Of a stretch of DNA of 64,000 nt, positions 26,801 to 39,200 are shown one piece after another (the stretch's first letter is position 1; the number at the start of each line of letters is the position of its first letter). This DNA is from Amphiscolops sp. MND2022 (taxonomy: Eukaryota): positions 80,292,001 through 80,356,000 of the forward strand of contig OZ076409.1 in NCBI GenBank assembly GCA_964187785.1. Direction: 5' to 3'. Under the pieces are notes generated by a model, which saw only the letters and a list, made by a program, of their open reading frames with translations, did no database searches and was not told the origin of the DNA. The position numbers were made by a program, and so were the translations under genes.

Positions 26801-29800
26801 CCGTCTTGTTAACACGTTACTTTGAGTTTTAACAATGCGATAATTAATTTGATGGTTATTTTCGATGGAATGCCTCGTAAGACGGGTATATTCAGGAAAT
26901 TTGAGATGACGGCACGACCTACATAAAAAATTTTGATCATGTTTGGAGATGCCTTCAAAGATTGACTTGACAACTCGACTGCTAACTTTAACATAAATCT
27001 TAAATTTAAAAAAAGGCTCTTGCGAGGCACAGTATTATCTGATTTTAGGCTTTCATGCTCAATAATAACAAGACGGGAACGTCCCAAGTCGGCGCCATAT
27101 CTTAGGCTCAAAAATATTCAAGGAACAGCTATTGGAAATTTTTGGAAATTTTTTTTTCGAAAAAATTATTTTTGAATTTTTTTTTCGAAAAAAGTATTTT
27201 TTTTAGAAAATCGCACAATGCCACAAAAACTCAAAAAGAGGCCATTCAGGCTCATTGAACGTTTTTACAAACCGAAAACTTCAAAAAAATGCAATTGATA
27301 GAATCCGAAAATTTTCGAAAAAAAAGTCGCATAGTGCCGAAAAAAAACGAAAAAAAATCAAACGAAACGAAACAAAGCTTTGGTCTCGCATCTACTTTTG
27401 GAAACATAAAAAATTTGTGGTTTAGTGCGAGAATCGAACCCACGATCTCCTGCTTTTCAGAACATTAGTTGAACAAATGTGAACAAATGTGAACAAAGAT
27501 TGTAAGAAAAGTGGACCACTCAGAGTGAGATTGTCAACTGAAAAAAAAAACTACTCACTGTAAGAGTCGGGCTTTTTTCCTTAAGGGAAAAGGCGCCGAC
27601 TAAAAACACTCCTGTTTAATCATATTGTACGAGTTTACACTGACTTTAATTCTTCTCGGACTAAAGAAAATGAAACTACGCGTATACGAAGTTTCGTACT
27701 CGCATTTGAATCAGGTCTGGGTGACACAACAAGGTACTTTTCCTAAAAGGCCTTACCTTACCTTACCTAACCTTAACTTACCTTTAAGGAAGGAAACCTA
27801 TTCAAATAAGGCCTTTAAGGAGGGATCACAGACACCTTATTAAGTGGCGGGAGAAAGAGTGATATTCAAGGCGACAGGATTGTGCTTTCTAGCAATGACG
27901 TTGTTTACAGCCTTACATTTGTATGCAGTCCAGGGGGACAGTTCGTATTTGCATAGGTATGCTGACTTAGTCTAATTACATACTAGCCAATCAAATTGCG
28001 TTCTCTGTGTTATGCTGTTGTCTTGCGGTTTCAGATTTCCGTGTTGTGCATTCTGTCGTCTCACCATTTAACTTACACTGCCCACGCCGTACAATATGGG
28101 ATTTGCAAACAGAAATTGCGGAGTTTTTCTTCAAGGAAACCAGCACAAAAAAAAACGAATTTCTTTGCAATCACTGCAACAAAACTTTCAAACAGAATAC
28201 TCTTAAAGGATATGTTAATCTGGCTAGTCATGTCAAGAACAATATTGCCCAATGGGAAATGCTGATGGAAAACCGACATTCTTCCATATCGCCACCATTA
28301 TTTTCCAAGAAGGCATTCAATATGTATGGCTGATTGGATTTGATAATCAATGAAGGTCATCCATTCAAAATGGTGGACAAGCAACGAACACGAAAGTACT
28401 CCCGGCTAGATCCAATAGAACGTCACACGTTAATGCACTATATTGAGCAGTTGACTGTAAAAGTGGAATTGAAAATTACAGAAGAAATCAATGCAAGTGG
28501 CTCAGCCTTTGGCATTGTGATAGATGGCTGGACCGATTGCTCGACGAGCACTCATTACCTTGGTGTTTGCGCAGAGTATGAGGATGGTCGAAAAGTGGGT
28601 GCTATCCACTTTTGGCATTTTCCCCTCTAATGGATGAATTCGATTTTTCTGCCGAAAGTCACGTTGATTTTATTCGCGCTACATTAGCTGTTTTTCAACA
28701 ATCGACCGACAAAATATATAATTGCTGACAACGAAAATTTGAACAAACGTATTGCGGATATCCTGAATGTCCATTTGGTTGGACGTTACAACCATCGACT
28801 CAATCTGGCACTCAAGAAAATTTCTCTTACCGAGTACAAATATGTTATCGAAAGAGTACACGCTTTGATGAAAAAGTTGTGCAATTTAAAACAGTCCGCC
28901 AAATTGGGAGAAAAGTAGGGATTGGAATATTAGATGCTAGTATAACTCAAGGGATAATCAAATGGTTAAACAGGCAAAAATTGAATAAAAATTAGTATAA
29001 TAATCCAATCCCTGGTTAAAGGACAAAACTGCGGCCAGTGATTCTTCAAGAAACAAGATGGGAATCATTTTTCAAAATGATTGAAAGATACACCGACATT
29101 ATTGACCACGTGGACCGCAATGATCAGCAGTTGGCAGATTTCATTCCATCGGCATCCGAGTCGCTAAAAATCAAGGAACCAAAAGACCATCTGAGCAAAT
29201 TCCAGTCAGTCAGTCAGTCAAAATCTTCAATCTGATTCAACGACAATGGGGTATGCCCCAGCTCAATTTGATGGACTGTTGAAAGACTATCCACAACTTG
29301 AGATTATTTGGGCCTAAACGGGATTGCTCATTCCTCCCGTTTTGGAGAATCGCTCGCTAAAGCTTCCGAGGGAGCACAGGTGACAACAGCAGAGAAAGGC
29401 TGCCTTCACATGTTCGCACAAGATGTTGTCCAAACGGTGTCTGCGAGTGGCGAAGCTTCATATGCAGAAATGGTACTCGCTCGAAAACGTCAGAGGCAGG
29501 AAGAGAATGGGTTAACAAATGTAAATTGGGTGTGCCCCACATCCAATCGACTCGAAAGACAATTTAGCGAAGTAAAGCATATGTTTCCCCAGAGCCGCAA
29601 ATCAGCGTTACCAAAAAACAGAGGCTCAAGTTTTTCTAAAGACCAATGACTGATTTTGGGGCATGAGGGAGGTAGACGCAATCATTTAGTGCACGGATAG
29701 GTATAGATAACTTGTGTAGAGAGGTTGATGACATACTTACGATAGATATACTGTGAATAAAGTTTGATTACCTCACATTACTTTATTTTTCCTTAATGGC

Positions 29801-31445
29801 CTTAATTGCCTTAAAGGAAGGTAAATCAATTTACCTTACCTTAAAGGTAAAGGTGGAATATCTAATATAAGGCCCTACCTTATCACCCAGGCCTGATTTG
29901 AATGCAGGCGAAGCTCTCGGCAAACGAATAATTAACACTCGTTCGCTTCATTTCAAAAACTCGGCGTACGAAAGCATAGTTACGCATATTTGCTCGCTTC
30001 ATCTCAATGAATTACTTTTCGCTCGTTTCATCGCACGAGAAAAGAATTGTCGTCGGCAGCTTGAAAAATTTAATCTCACGCTTATACTCACTGCCGAAAA
30101 AAATACCTGAATTTTTCAGTAGGTACTCGGATCGCGAACAGAAGTCGGCTGAAAATAGTCACATCTTTCAGAATTCTATATTATTCCTGCTATCGCAGAA
30201 ATGATAATAAACGGAAAAACCTATATCACAGGTTAATGTGAACATCGCGAAGTTTCTTCATTGCGAATGTCCCGGTGTTCACGTTTGTCAGAGATTATGC
30301 ACAACTTCTGGCAGTTGAAACTTGAACACCTCCAATTATCACTCACCATCCGCTCTGTTTATCCGATTTGGCCACAACAGGTGATGTCAAAATGTATAAA
30401 TGCATGATCTACAGACTGGCTCACTTTAATGCGAAGTCAAATATCGGAACAAGAATAAGTCAATGAGCTACGTTGCAAAAAATGCTGTGCTCAACAGTTG
30501 AACTTGAATGGTATTTCGAAGTGCACCGACACAGGAAAAAACTGCTAAACAATGCAACAGATTATTTCAATATCTTATTTTGATCACGATGATGATAAAT
30601 TATAATTTAAACGCCATAGACTAACTTTGTCGCGATAGAGAGCAGCAGATTTACTGGAGTAAATCTCGTCGAAAGAGGACTTGTTGGTGACGTCATCTCT
30701 GGTTCTGAGGAACTCTTTGAAGTTGGCGTTGCCACCAACCTTCATCCTCTGCAGCTCCGAGTCCTTCCACTTGTCCATGGTGGTTGACCTCACGAAGCTG
30801 ATGTGCACACCCAGTCCCCTGTGCTTGCCAGAGCACTCCAGACAGATCCAGATGCCATAAGAGACACTCACCCACTGGGGCGAAAATGTACCACAGTCGA
30901 AGCATTTCTGAAAGAACATGAAACTTCAATTCAATAAACAAAACGACTTGTACTGGGTTCAGAAAAAAGGCACTTTTTGAGCAAAATATTTAGAAAGAAA
31001 GTCGAACTTTTTGGATTCACAAAAAAGACTGCAAACTTTCATTTCTGAAAAAATATATAAAGTATAAATATAAAAACTACGAGAAGGCATGAAAAGCTTT
31101 TTTTCAAACTACTGCAAATTGAGCACTGCAAATCACCAACTGCAATTCAAAACATACTTTTAGTTATAAGGCGTTCATGGTATAGCTGTAGGAAAATACT
31201 GGTAAAAACGACTCACACCCCTTAAAACAACTTCAACAGCTATCATGGGGACCATTTTAAATCAGGACACTACTCACTGGAGCGGCATCTCAATAATGCA
31301 AAGAATGTCTTCAATATATCGAAAAGGACACCTTCGATATATTTAGAAGGACAACATGTTCAAGTATTGAAACAAAGCTACTAACGTTGTTGTTGGACAC
31401 GTGTCTGAGGTCTTTGAGGACATTGCGAGTCCTTGGACTGGCCAT
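17862..31445 (-). CDS. ARFGAP1: ADP-ribosylation factor GTPase-activating protein 1 (8 coding exons, 447 aa)
   Basis: Exons 31445-31386, 30907-30626, 25508-25327, 24772-24704, 24637-24544, 24072-23866, 18800-18553, 18063-17862. All introns are GT-AG with matching phases (0,0,2,2,0,0,2); total 1344 nt. The protein begins [13 protein letters not shown], has the ArfGAP C4 zinc finger [13 protein letters not shown] and [10 protein letters not shown], then [13 protein letters not shown] and the ALPS-like SLYSGWSSFSS. Confidence 0.95.
18336..18353 (-). CDS. Candidate 18-nt frame-preserving microexon of ARFGAP1
   Basis: catatttag|AAGTCGTGATTCTCAAAG|gtaagt inside a phase-2 intron; adds SRDSQS with no stop. 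Confidence 0.45.
20988..21777 (-). mobile_element. Helentron-like non-autonomous element, family B (contains a nested foldback insertion)
   Basis: Hairpin GCCCC-TCC-GGGGC and subTIR ATTTCTGC at one end, GCAGAAAT with a short IR at the other. Alignable to 42071-42605 and to the flanks of the hAT element. Confidence 0.65.
21116..21420. mobile_element. Foldback/MULE-like MITE
   Basis: Long inverted arms built from CAAATAACA/AAATTAGTTT subrepeats. Flanked by direct repeats AAGTTTAC (21108-21115, 21421-21428). Absent from the paralogous copy at about 42220. Confidence 0.7.
22061..22580 (-). mobile_element. Helentron-like non-autonomous element, family A
   Basis: Same termini in reverse complement. 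Confidence 0.7.
22603..23076 (+). mobile_element. Helentron-like non-autonomous element, family A
   Basis: 5' hairpin AGTCGGCGCTTTTCTT-AAGAAAAGAGCCCGACT; 3' subTIR plus hairpin. Confidence 0.7.
24119..24318. mobile_element. TA-flanked Tc1/mariner-type MITE
   Basis: Imperfect TIRs and TA flanks; same family as 47551-47707 (TTCGTATCGCTAG..CCGAATAAAAT..TACGAATTA). Confidence 0.6.
24850..25110 (-). mobile_element. tRNA-derived, CORE-like SINE
   Basis: Minus strand: A-box-like GTAGTGGTTAGAGC, B-box GGTTCGAATCT, then TGACCTTGAGCAAGTCATTT resembling the CORE-SINE motif. The 3' boundary is approximate. Confidence 0.6.
26090..26810 (+). mobile_element. Helentron-like non-autonomous element, family A
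   Basis: Both conserved termini are present. Confidence 0.7.
27067..27606 (-). mobile_element. Helentron-like non-autonomous element, family A (with an internal B-box-like module)
   Basis: Both termini in reverse complement; GGTTCGATTC on the minus strand near 27430-27440. Confidence 0.7.
27712..29895 (+). mobile_element. hAT DNA transposon (2184 bp) with disrupted transposase, in ARFGAP1 intron 2
   Basis: TIR CAGG(T/C)CTGGGTGA; 8-bp TSD ATTTGAAT (27704-27711, 29896-29903); CCTTA subterminal repeats. Transposase has a BED finger CNHC..H and motifs IDGW, ADN, HRLNLA, TRW and [11 protein letters not shown]. Premature TGA at 28331 and frameshifts. Confidence 0.93.
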
Positions 31446-32265
31446 GGCGAGATGAGAGTTGCGATTAAAAACCTTCAAATAGTGCAACTGGCAACTGATA
31501 ACACAGATTCAACAACCCACATCTGAAAAACTAATAATTCACTAGCAATTAAATCATGTCATCTAATGGCCCTGCTTTTGAAAACTATCATGGCCTTATT
31601 GAGACAAAATATGATTTATTTCGGGTAAATGGAGCATATGGCGCACAAAACTGGGGTCATTTTCATCAGTGGATTGATTTGATTGTACACGATATACGAA
31701 AATACACAAACGAATACATAAGATCAACTCTGATTCTAGGAACTACTACGTGTATTAGAGAAATCTTGAAGACCATTGTTAGTCGGCGCCTTTTGAAAAA
31801 TGCAAAACTTTACAGGGGTAAGTTTTTTCTCCAGGTGTCACTGTAAAATACTTCTGAGACAGAATACCCCAGTGACTAGATCGCGCTTTTTCTAGGTGAA
31901 AGGTCGTAGGTTTGAATCCTACACCGATGTTTTTTTTTTCAAAAAAGTTGAATTACACTAATAACGTGTATCGCTGAATCGGATATTACGCATTTTTTTC
32001 ATGTTTTGCCAGGCAGATTCTGGTTCGGGAACCTTTTCCTCACCACCCCCACGCGAAAAATCTTGAGAAAAAATGACAAAATTAGCATGAATTAGTAGCT
32101 GAGTATGTGCATTCATGTGTAGTCATCAAATCATAGTAAAAAAGGATGCTTTAGGGAATAAAAAATAAACTTGGTGGACTCTATTAGGTAATGAGATCAG
32201 GAAAAAGCCGATGTTCGAATCACCCAAAAAATTTAAACTGTTCAAAATAAGCTATACTTTTAGCG

Positions 32266-32644
32266 TTTTTAGTCGGCGTTTTCGAAGAAAATCCCGACCC
32301 TTACAGTGGCTAGTTTTTTTTCGTCAGTTCAACGCGTAACGTCCACTTTTTGTGCATTAATCCAATTAATGCACATTTACCAACTTTTACCATATGTACT
32401 TAATACTTCATTTTCAACGCATCCAAAGCGTCTAACATGAGAAAAAGCGTCCCCCTTTTACATTTTCGGCACTATGCGACTTACCGGAAACTTCGAAAAA
32501 AAAATTCAAAAAAAAATTCGGAATTTTTTTTTCTCAATTTTTAGTTTTTTGAGAGCTTTTGTTGTCTCCAGTTGTAGAAAAAGTGGTTTTCGAGTCTTTT
32601 TGAGCCTTAGATATGGCGCCGACTTGGGCCGTTCCCGGCTTGTT
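32266..32644 (+). mobile_element. Helentron-like non-autonomous element, family A
   Basis: Both termini are present. A further partial copy starts at about 31779. Confidence 0.7.
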
Positions 32645-33252
32645 TGATATAACGCTAAGTACTTAGGAGATAGCGCATGTTTCGGAAACACTTCATATTT
32701 TTTCATATTTTCAGTAACCTTGACATTGTTTCGAAAGCATCCAAATGGTGCTCCTTTTGATTAACAGTATTCTAGCTCAGAAAAATTAGACAAGTTTCGG
32801 CATAGCGATATTTTCATATTTCAAAAAGTTCTTTTTAATACCTAGACAATTTGCTTCAACCTTCCGAAGCCGACACTCCACCCAACTGAGCGGAAATTCC
32901 CATTCGTTTTCATCATTTCATAGTTTTTTTATAGAAAAGTAATTGTGATGACTAGATTGTAACTAGAAGCGCAAGTCTAAAATATTAGGATTACCAAAGA
33001 AAAAATAGGACTCTGACTTTCTATTTTGAAAAACAGTTGCAACTCCTACAATAAATTATTGAATTGTGGTCTGAAATGCATTTGAGACAAAAAAAAACAA
33101 AAATAAAACTTTATATTCGTTATATCAATGGAATAGATAATTTCAAATTACCACGATTGAGTAGCAATTCTTCGAAAACAATAAATAGCAAATGATTGAT
33201 TTACTGCAAAAATTGTTCAAAATACTGTTGTAATTAATGAAGGAAGGATTAG

Positions 33253-36200
33253 TTAGACAAAAGCTTTGGCTAAAGAAGAGTTGGACTCAAGTAGTAGAAA
33301 TGGAACAGACGATTTAAAACTGACTATTGCACCATTGTGATAACCAAAAGGCTGCGTGTGAGCAAGATGCAGAAACTTGAACAGGTTTCTGGTGATCTCT
33401 CGATTGGATTGCTCCACCAGACTCTTGACCATGGCAATGACGCAATGACTATTTCTACGCATGGAGGTCTGTGAAACTCGAGTAGCGTTGTTGGTTCCAT
33501 TCAAAACTTTCACGCTCTTCGAGATTTGGCTCTCTTGCAAAATCTTCTCCCACGCTGATTTTAGGTTGGTCAAGTCTGCTGGCTTTGATAGGATGAAAAG
33601 TTTGCAGTCGCGGAAACGTGACTTCAAGTGCTTTTGATACGCCGACGTTGAAACTGTGTAACTTGTATCAAATGATATGTCTGAAACACCAGCATACGAT
33701 ACTTCCAGTTTAGAGCTCATTCTATTGCGATGCTTCTGAGATGGATGCAAACCAAGTTCTTATACTTAAATCAGAACGAAACAAAATTTTGCGAAATTCT
33801 GGCAAGAAATTCAGAATTAACCTTCAATAGGCCGGCTAAAAAGTTCCAAACATCTTATAACTGGACCTCCCCAAGTCATAACATCTCGTTCGTTTTGCAC
33901 AGAAGCACCACTACCTCGGAAAGTTTTGAGTAAAGAAAAATGAGAGAAAACAGACAACTAACCAAAAGGTTTAGCAATAGAGGACGAATCGATGCGATTA
34001 TTGGAATACAGCATAAATTTCACCGTTTCAATATCAAAGCCCTCTTCCACGTAAGGGATGGATACCCTTGATAGAGCAGGAATAACGACCACACCCCTTT
34101 TGTCAGGCTTGTCCCATCCTTCGTACCACTTCTTGTCCCCACAGCAAGACTTGAAGCCTTCTTTGGTTTTGGACAAAATCTGGTTCAGGCTTCGAGTCAA
34201 GACCCAGCCATAAAGAGGAAAATTATCAACTCTGATTAGAGCATCTACCGGCCCATCTGTTTGTTGAAACGAGTTAGGATTCCATCCCGCCACTGATATG
34301 ACATCAGAATTCTTTTGGTGCAAAATTGGAGATAAGGAGAAAATGTAGTGCAGAAAGTCGGGTTGGACGTAGACTTCAGCGTCTATCACGACTGCTTGTT
34401 TAAATTGCATGTTACCGAACAAACGGTTGAACGCGTCTCTTTTAGGCACTTCAAAGCATTGGTACTTTCGGTAGTCGAAAGTCATCACTGTGTATCCAAA
34501 TATTTCCACAATTTCGGAAAATTCCAGAACGAAGTCGTTCTTGCACAAGGCTACGAACACCATGGATGGCCTGATAAACAAACAAGAAATCATGAGAGAA
34601 TTTAGTATAGTCCAAGTACTCAACTACACGAAACATAGTTTTCGGGGGCAGAAATTTTTGAAATAATAAAAATTCATGTCAAACATTTAGATACCAACAC
34701 AAACGGAATTCCGGAAACTCAGACCAAATCAATTTAATCTATACAGCTGGAATCGTTAACTATGACTACTGAAATTTATATTCTGCTATTGAAAACTAAC
34801 TTGAAATCAGCTGAAAATTTTTAATGACATTCGATTTGGATTAAAAGAAAAACGAATGTGATGTCAATTTGGTCTGCATGTCAAACTCCAACCAAAGAGC
34901 ACCCAGTAGAACTCAATTGATACACCCTCAATTTCAAACTATATACCGTATATTTTTGCTCCTATTACATTGGTCGACTTAATTTCATGTTTTTACGCAC
35001 AAACTGTGCAATATTCCCGTGAAAATACAACTCAACAAACACCAAAGTAAAACCTCCGATAATTGCTGACAATTGACCTGGCACGGTCGCAGTGCAAAAA
35101 ACGGTGACCTTCAACAAACCGGAAAAACATGAAAAATTCAATGATTAATTGAAACAACCGAAGTTACTATAAGCTATGACCGCTTTTTAATCGTTCAAAC
35201 TCTTCATCAAATTCAAACTGATATATCAAAACTATGAAATTTGTTGAACTCTCCAAAAATTGCGACAATCAACACACCAGTGATACCATCTTAACTGAGT
35301 ACTCACTTGAACCTGAAAAAGTTTCGCTCAATTTAAATGCAGCATTGAAAGTAAAAGTCTACTCAGCTAGCCTTATATGGAAAGTGTAAAATTTACATTT
35401 TTGAAAAAATCGAATTCTTACTCGAGATGTGGTTGTTTGGCAATTGACTCCAGCGTTCTGTACAGAGACACATGTGCCTCGTATCTGGCTAGATCTGGAA
35501 TAACCAACAGAGGACTGCTCTCGAAGAACTCAGACCATCCTTTTGGTTCTGGCTTCTGAAACAATTTTATTCAGGTTTTTATTGTTACTCGAGTAAACAG
35601 ACTATTGAGATCGCTGTACTTAATTCCGAATTGGATGAGCAATGGCAAATAAAAGGAGCAATGAAAAACTATGAAAGGATTCAAAAACTAAGATACTTGA
35701 AGAGCATAAATCTTATCTGAAACGACTGCAAGTAAAAAGCCGCAAGTCTTTTCTCTCCAGACCACAGATCTCACTTTGAAATGTCAACATTTCGCACAAA
35801 ATTTCTACCCTATTTCCACAATGAATCAAAAGCCCCTCTACAATTCAATTTTACGTGAATATCAAAACTAGATTTTTTGGCATTGAAAATTTTGACAATT
35901 GCTGTGAAAACAATCGCATTGAGAACTGTCTCAGACATTTCAACCCACCTTAGACTCTGGTGGAAAAGTGATATTTTTCTGGCACACAGACTCGTATCCA
36001 AGAACCTGTCGAGCACAAAACAGGGCCAAGTTATCATTCAAAGTGTCTATCCACTGTTTGACTGGTAATTGCTTGGGAACACATGTTTGGATTGAGGCAG
36101 TGGCGGCGAAGTCCTGATTTGTCTTCTTCGAAACAAGTTGCTCAAAAAGTGTCTTTCCATTGAGACCTTTCTGGCCCACGAAAACCCAACTGTCCCTAAA

Positions 36201-39200
36201 CGCAGAATAAATGGAATCAAGAGCATGAATTTCTGAATACATCAGATCTTTCTTCGGAGCTTGGAGAAACACTACTTACACGTTGATTTGCAAATGGCTC
36301 CCGAATAGCGTGATGCTTCAAAAATTGAGTAAAAAACGATAACAAAAGAAGCCGCTTACTTCCCGTTTCCCAGTAAAGCTAATTGAAACATGTTTTCCGC
36401 GTATTTCAAGCATTTAAAAATACTGAAGTATTTTTTTTCAAAGTTATCACTTGAACAGTGTTATCACAGGAATTAAGAATTCCAATGACAACCTGCTTTG
36501 AATAACACCATCTATATTTGTCAATTATCAAAGAAAATCGAAAAGGCAGAAAATCAAATGTTGGAAAAGATCAATTGAAATATTGAAGAAACGTATTAAA
36601 GACAAGACATTTGTACAGACTTGACTAGTTGAAAACACGTGCTCCTCTATGTCAAGGAAAGAACAATCTTGTTATCAATTTTCTTTTCGCGCTCGAAATA
36701 CATGAAGTTATTATGCCATACCACAGGAAAACAATTTGCAGTAAAAAACTAAGCAAAGAATATAAGAGACCCAAACCCCACCAGGGGAAAATTAAGCAGT
36801 AGGATTAGTAAGGAGAAAATTATTCCACAAAAATTTACCTTCGTTATCTTCCGTATCATTGTAGCTAAAATCTGAAGAAACCTTGAAAGTTTCAGGTCTA
36901 AAAATATGATAAATTAAAAGGGCAATAACTTCATAGTTCGGACTGTATCTGAAATTGCTTTAAAAGAATCGCGTAAAAGCACTCGTATGAAGTCATACAA
37001 ACTAAATTACCAAACCAATATGCCGATGATCGAATAACAAGATGCAAAGCTTCCACCACGCGAGTAGTGGAAATCAATCATAAATTGACGGGATCAAACT
37101 CAAAGAGCATATTCCACGACATGCGAAGTTGCCATTAACGGAAAATTTCAGGTGATATCTTCTCATTCAATATTTTTAAAAGATCCAATGGAGCCAATTC
37201 AACATAAAACATGAGATAAAACAAATGTTTGAGAACACAAAACAGTTGGGGCAACGTGAATTAAAATGTCACCGAGTACTTCACAAATTATTGACAATTT
37301 GTTTGAAATTATTAATACGCTCCAGAGAAATTTCATTTCATTCACAGCCGATTGAATCATCAGCAGTACGCTTCGTTATTTCAGGATTTTGCACCTCGAG
37401 AACACGTTTGCCAAAATGTACTTAATGGTAAACATTTTACGGTTTGAGTCCAGAAAATAGCCAACAAAAGTTATGAACGTGTGAGATCTGACATTAAAGA
37501 TCTTAAAGTAGACAAGATCATGAATATGCATGTATTTTCAACTTTACTAAGGGAAGATTCCAGTCAAAGACTTCTCGGGTCTAGACGAATACTTCGAAGT
37601 CCAAAATCGTTTTGCTATTGGCTGAGCTCTCCTCGGCTTTCCATATCACGAAAGCAGAATACATTTTTGTAGAGTCTTTTAGTTTGTACTTGTTTCTTGC
37701 TCAAACCATGGAGTGCCACTTCTATCTCAAGGGTCTACGTTTTTGCTCATCGTGAGCATCGGATACTCATGGACCGGTAAAGTCAGACATCGGATGAGCA
37801 GTAACATTAGAAAAAGCCTTTTTACCAGGAGTATTGGATGCTAGTTTCCAAAAATTCTTTTTGAATTTATTTTTGAATTTCAGAATTCATCCGCCTTATC
37901 TTTTAGCCGGGATATGTTGACTGAGGTTTGCCACAGCTTCAGAGCTCGCTGAAATAGTCTGACTAGTTATTCATTTTTTCACTAGTTTCTCATGTCGACA
38001 CCAATAAATGAAATAAGTGCTTGGATCTTCATAGTTTCCTCAAAGACTCCCTTAAATCGGACAGTCGTTTTTCGTGAATATTATCTGGCTTTAAAGTGTG
38101 CAACTATTTGATGCATGAAATAAGTTTTCCACATGGCTCACAGTTTCTCAATGATACTTTTCTTTAGCGGCAAAACGTCATGAATCTCAGTTGATAATTC
38201 CAATGCTAAAATTACCCGAAGAAACTGAGATGACTAAGTTTAAGAGTTACAAAATCAAACTATAGATTACAAGTGTATAAATGAACTCTAAGAGTTAGCA
38301 AGAACAGAGGTTGCAACAGAGCAACATACACTATGTGATATCGGGACATGAGATGATACAAACTTCACATACGTGGGGCTAGAGCTAAAAATTGCGCAAT
38401 TTCGAGCTCCATACCTTGAAATTTGGTCGAATCTGCATAACAGCAATACAAACAAACTCATGCATTGATCTATATCTATGCTAGCAACACTCCGAGCTCA
38501 TTTCAAAATCAAAAGCAACAACTGAAAATTTGCCTGCCGTTTTACAGTAAAATGAGAACAAAAATGTCAAAACATGCTGATTACGCGAAAAGTAGTGGAA
38601 ATACACAAATGCGATTATCTATGACTGTTGACAGGGGACACAAAATGCTGTAACGTAAAACAGTCGCATTGAAACAGGTACGGAAATTGCTTCAGTATGC
38701 TACAAATGAGTTGAAACATCGTTGGCTTAGTAACTCAAATTGACCGTTTAAACTCAAACAACTCCGGTAGTTCAAGATACCAAGTCATGAAGTCTCGAGC
38801 GATGTTCTCTAACCGGAGGTAATCATTACGGATTGAATCGTAATAACTAGTATTTGCAATACAATAGCGTTCTAAAATATCCAACTCCATTGCTTAAAAT
38901 TGCGATTTTCAAATCCAAAGATCTTTAAAACTGTCACAAATACAAAAAATTGTCAGCTACAAAAGTTTCTTAGAATTTTATCTAGTTTACAAAAATGTTT
39001 GTTTGAAATGTCTGCGACAAAAAATACGAAAGTTAGAAATTGGGAACTTTGACAAAATTTCATCAAATTTCCATTTTTTCTTGGTTTTCACAAAGTCTAG
39101 TAAATTAATAATCTGTTTTATAAATCCCAAATTCAATGATTAGACAATTTCTTTAAATCACAGGGTTCAATATACTTATGATCGACCAGTAGTTTAAAAG

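Noticed and set aside
27745..27790. CCTTA/CCTAA runs as telomeric repeats (also TTAGG x2 at about 51856)
   Set aside because: Short, and explained as hAT subterminal repeats and a LINE 3' end.
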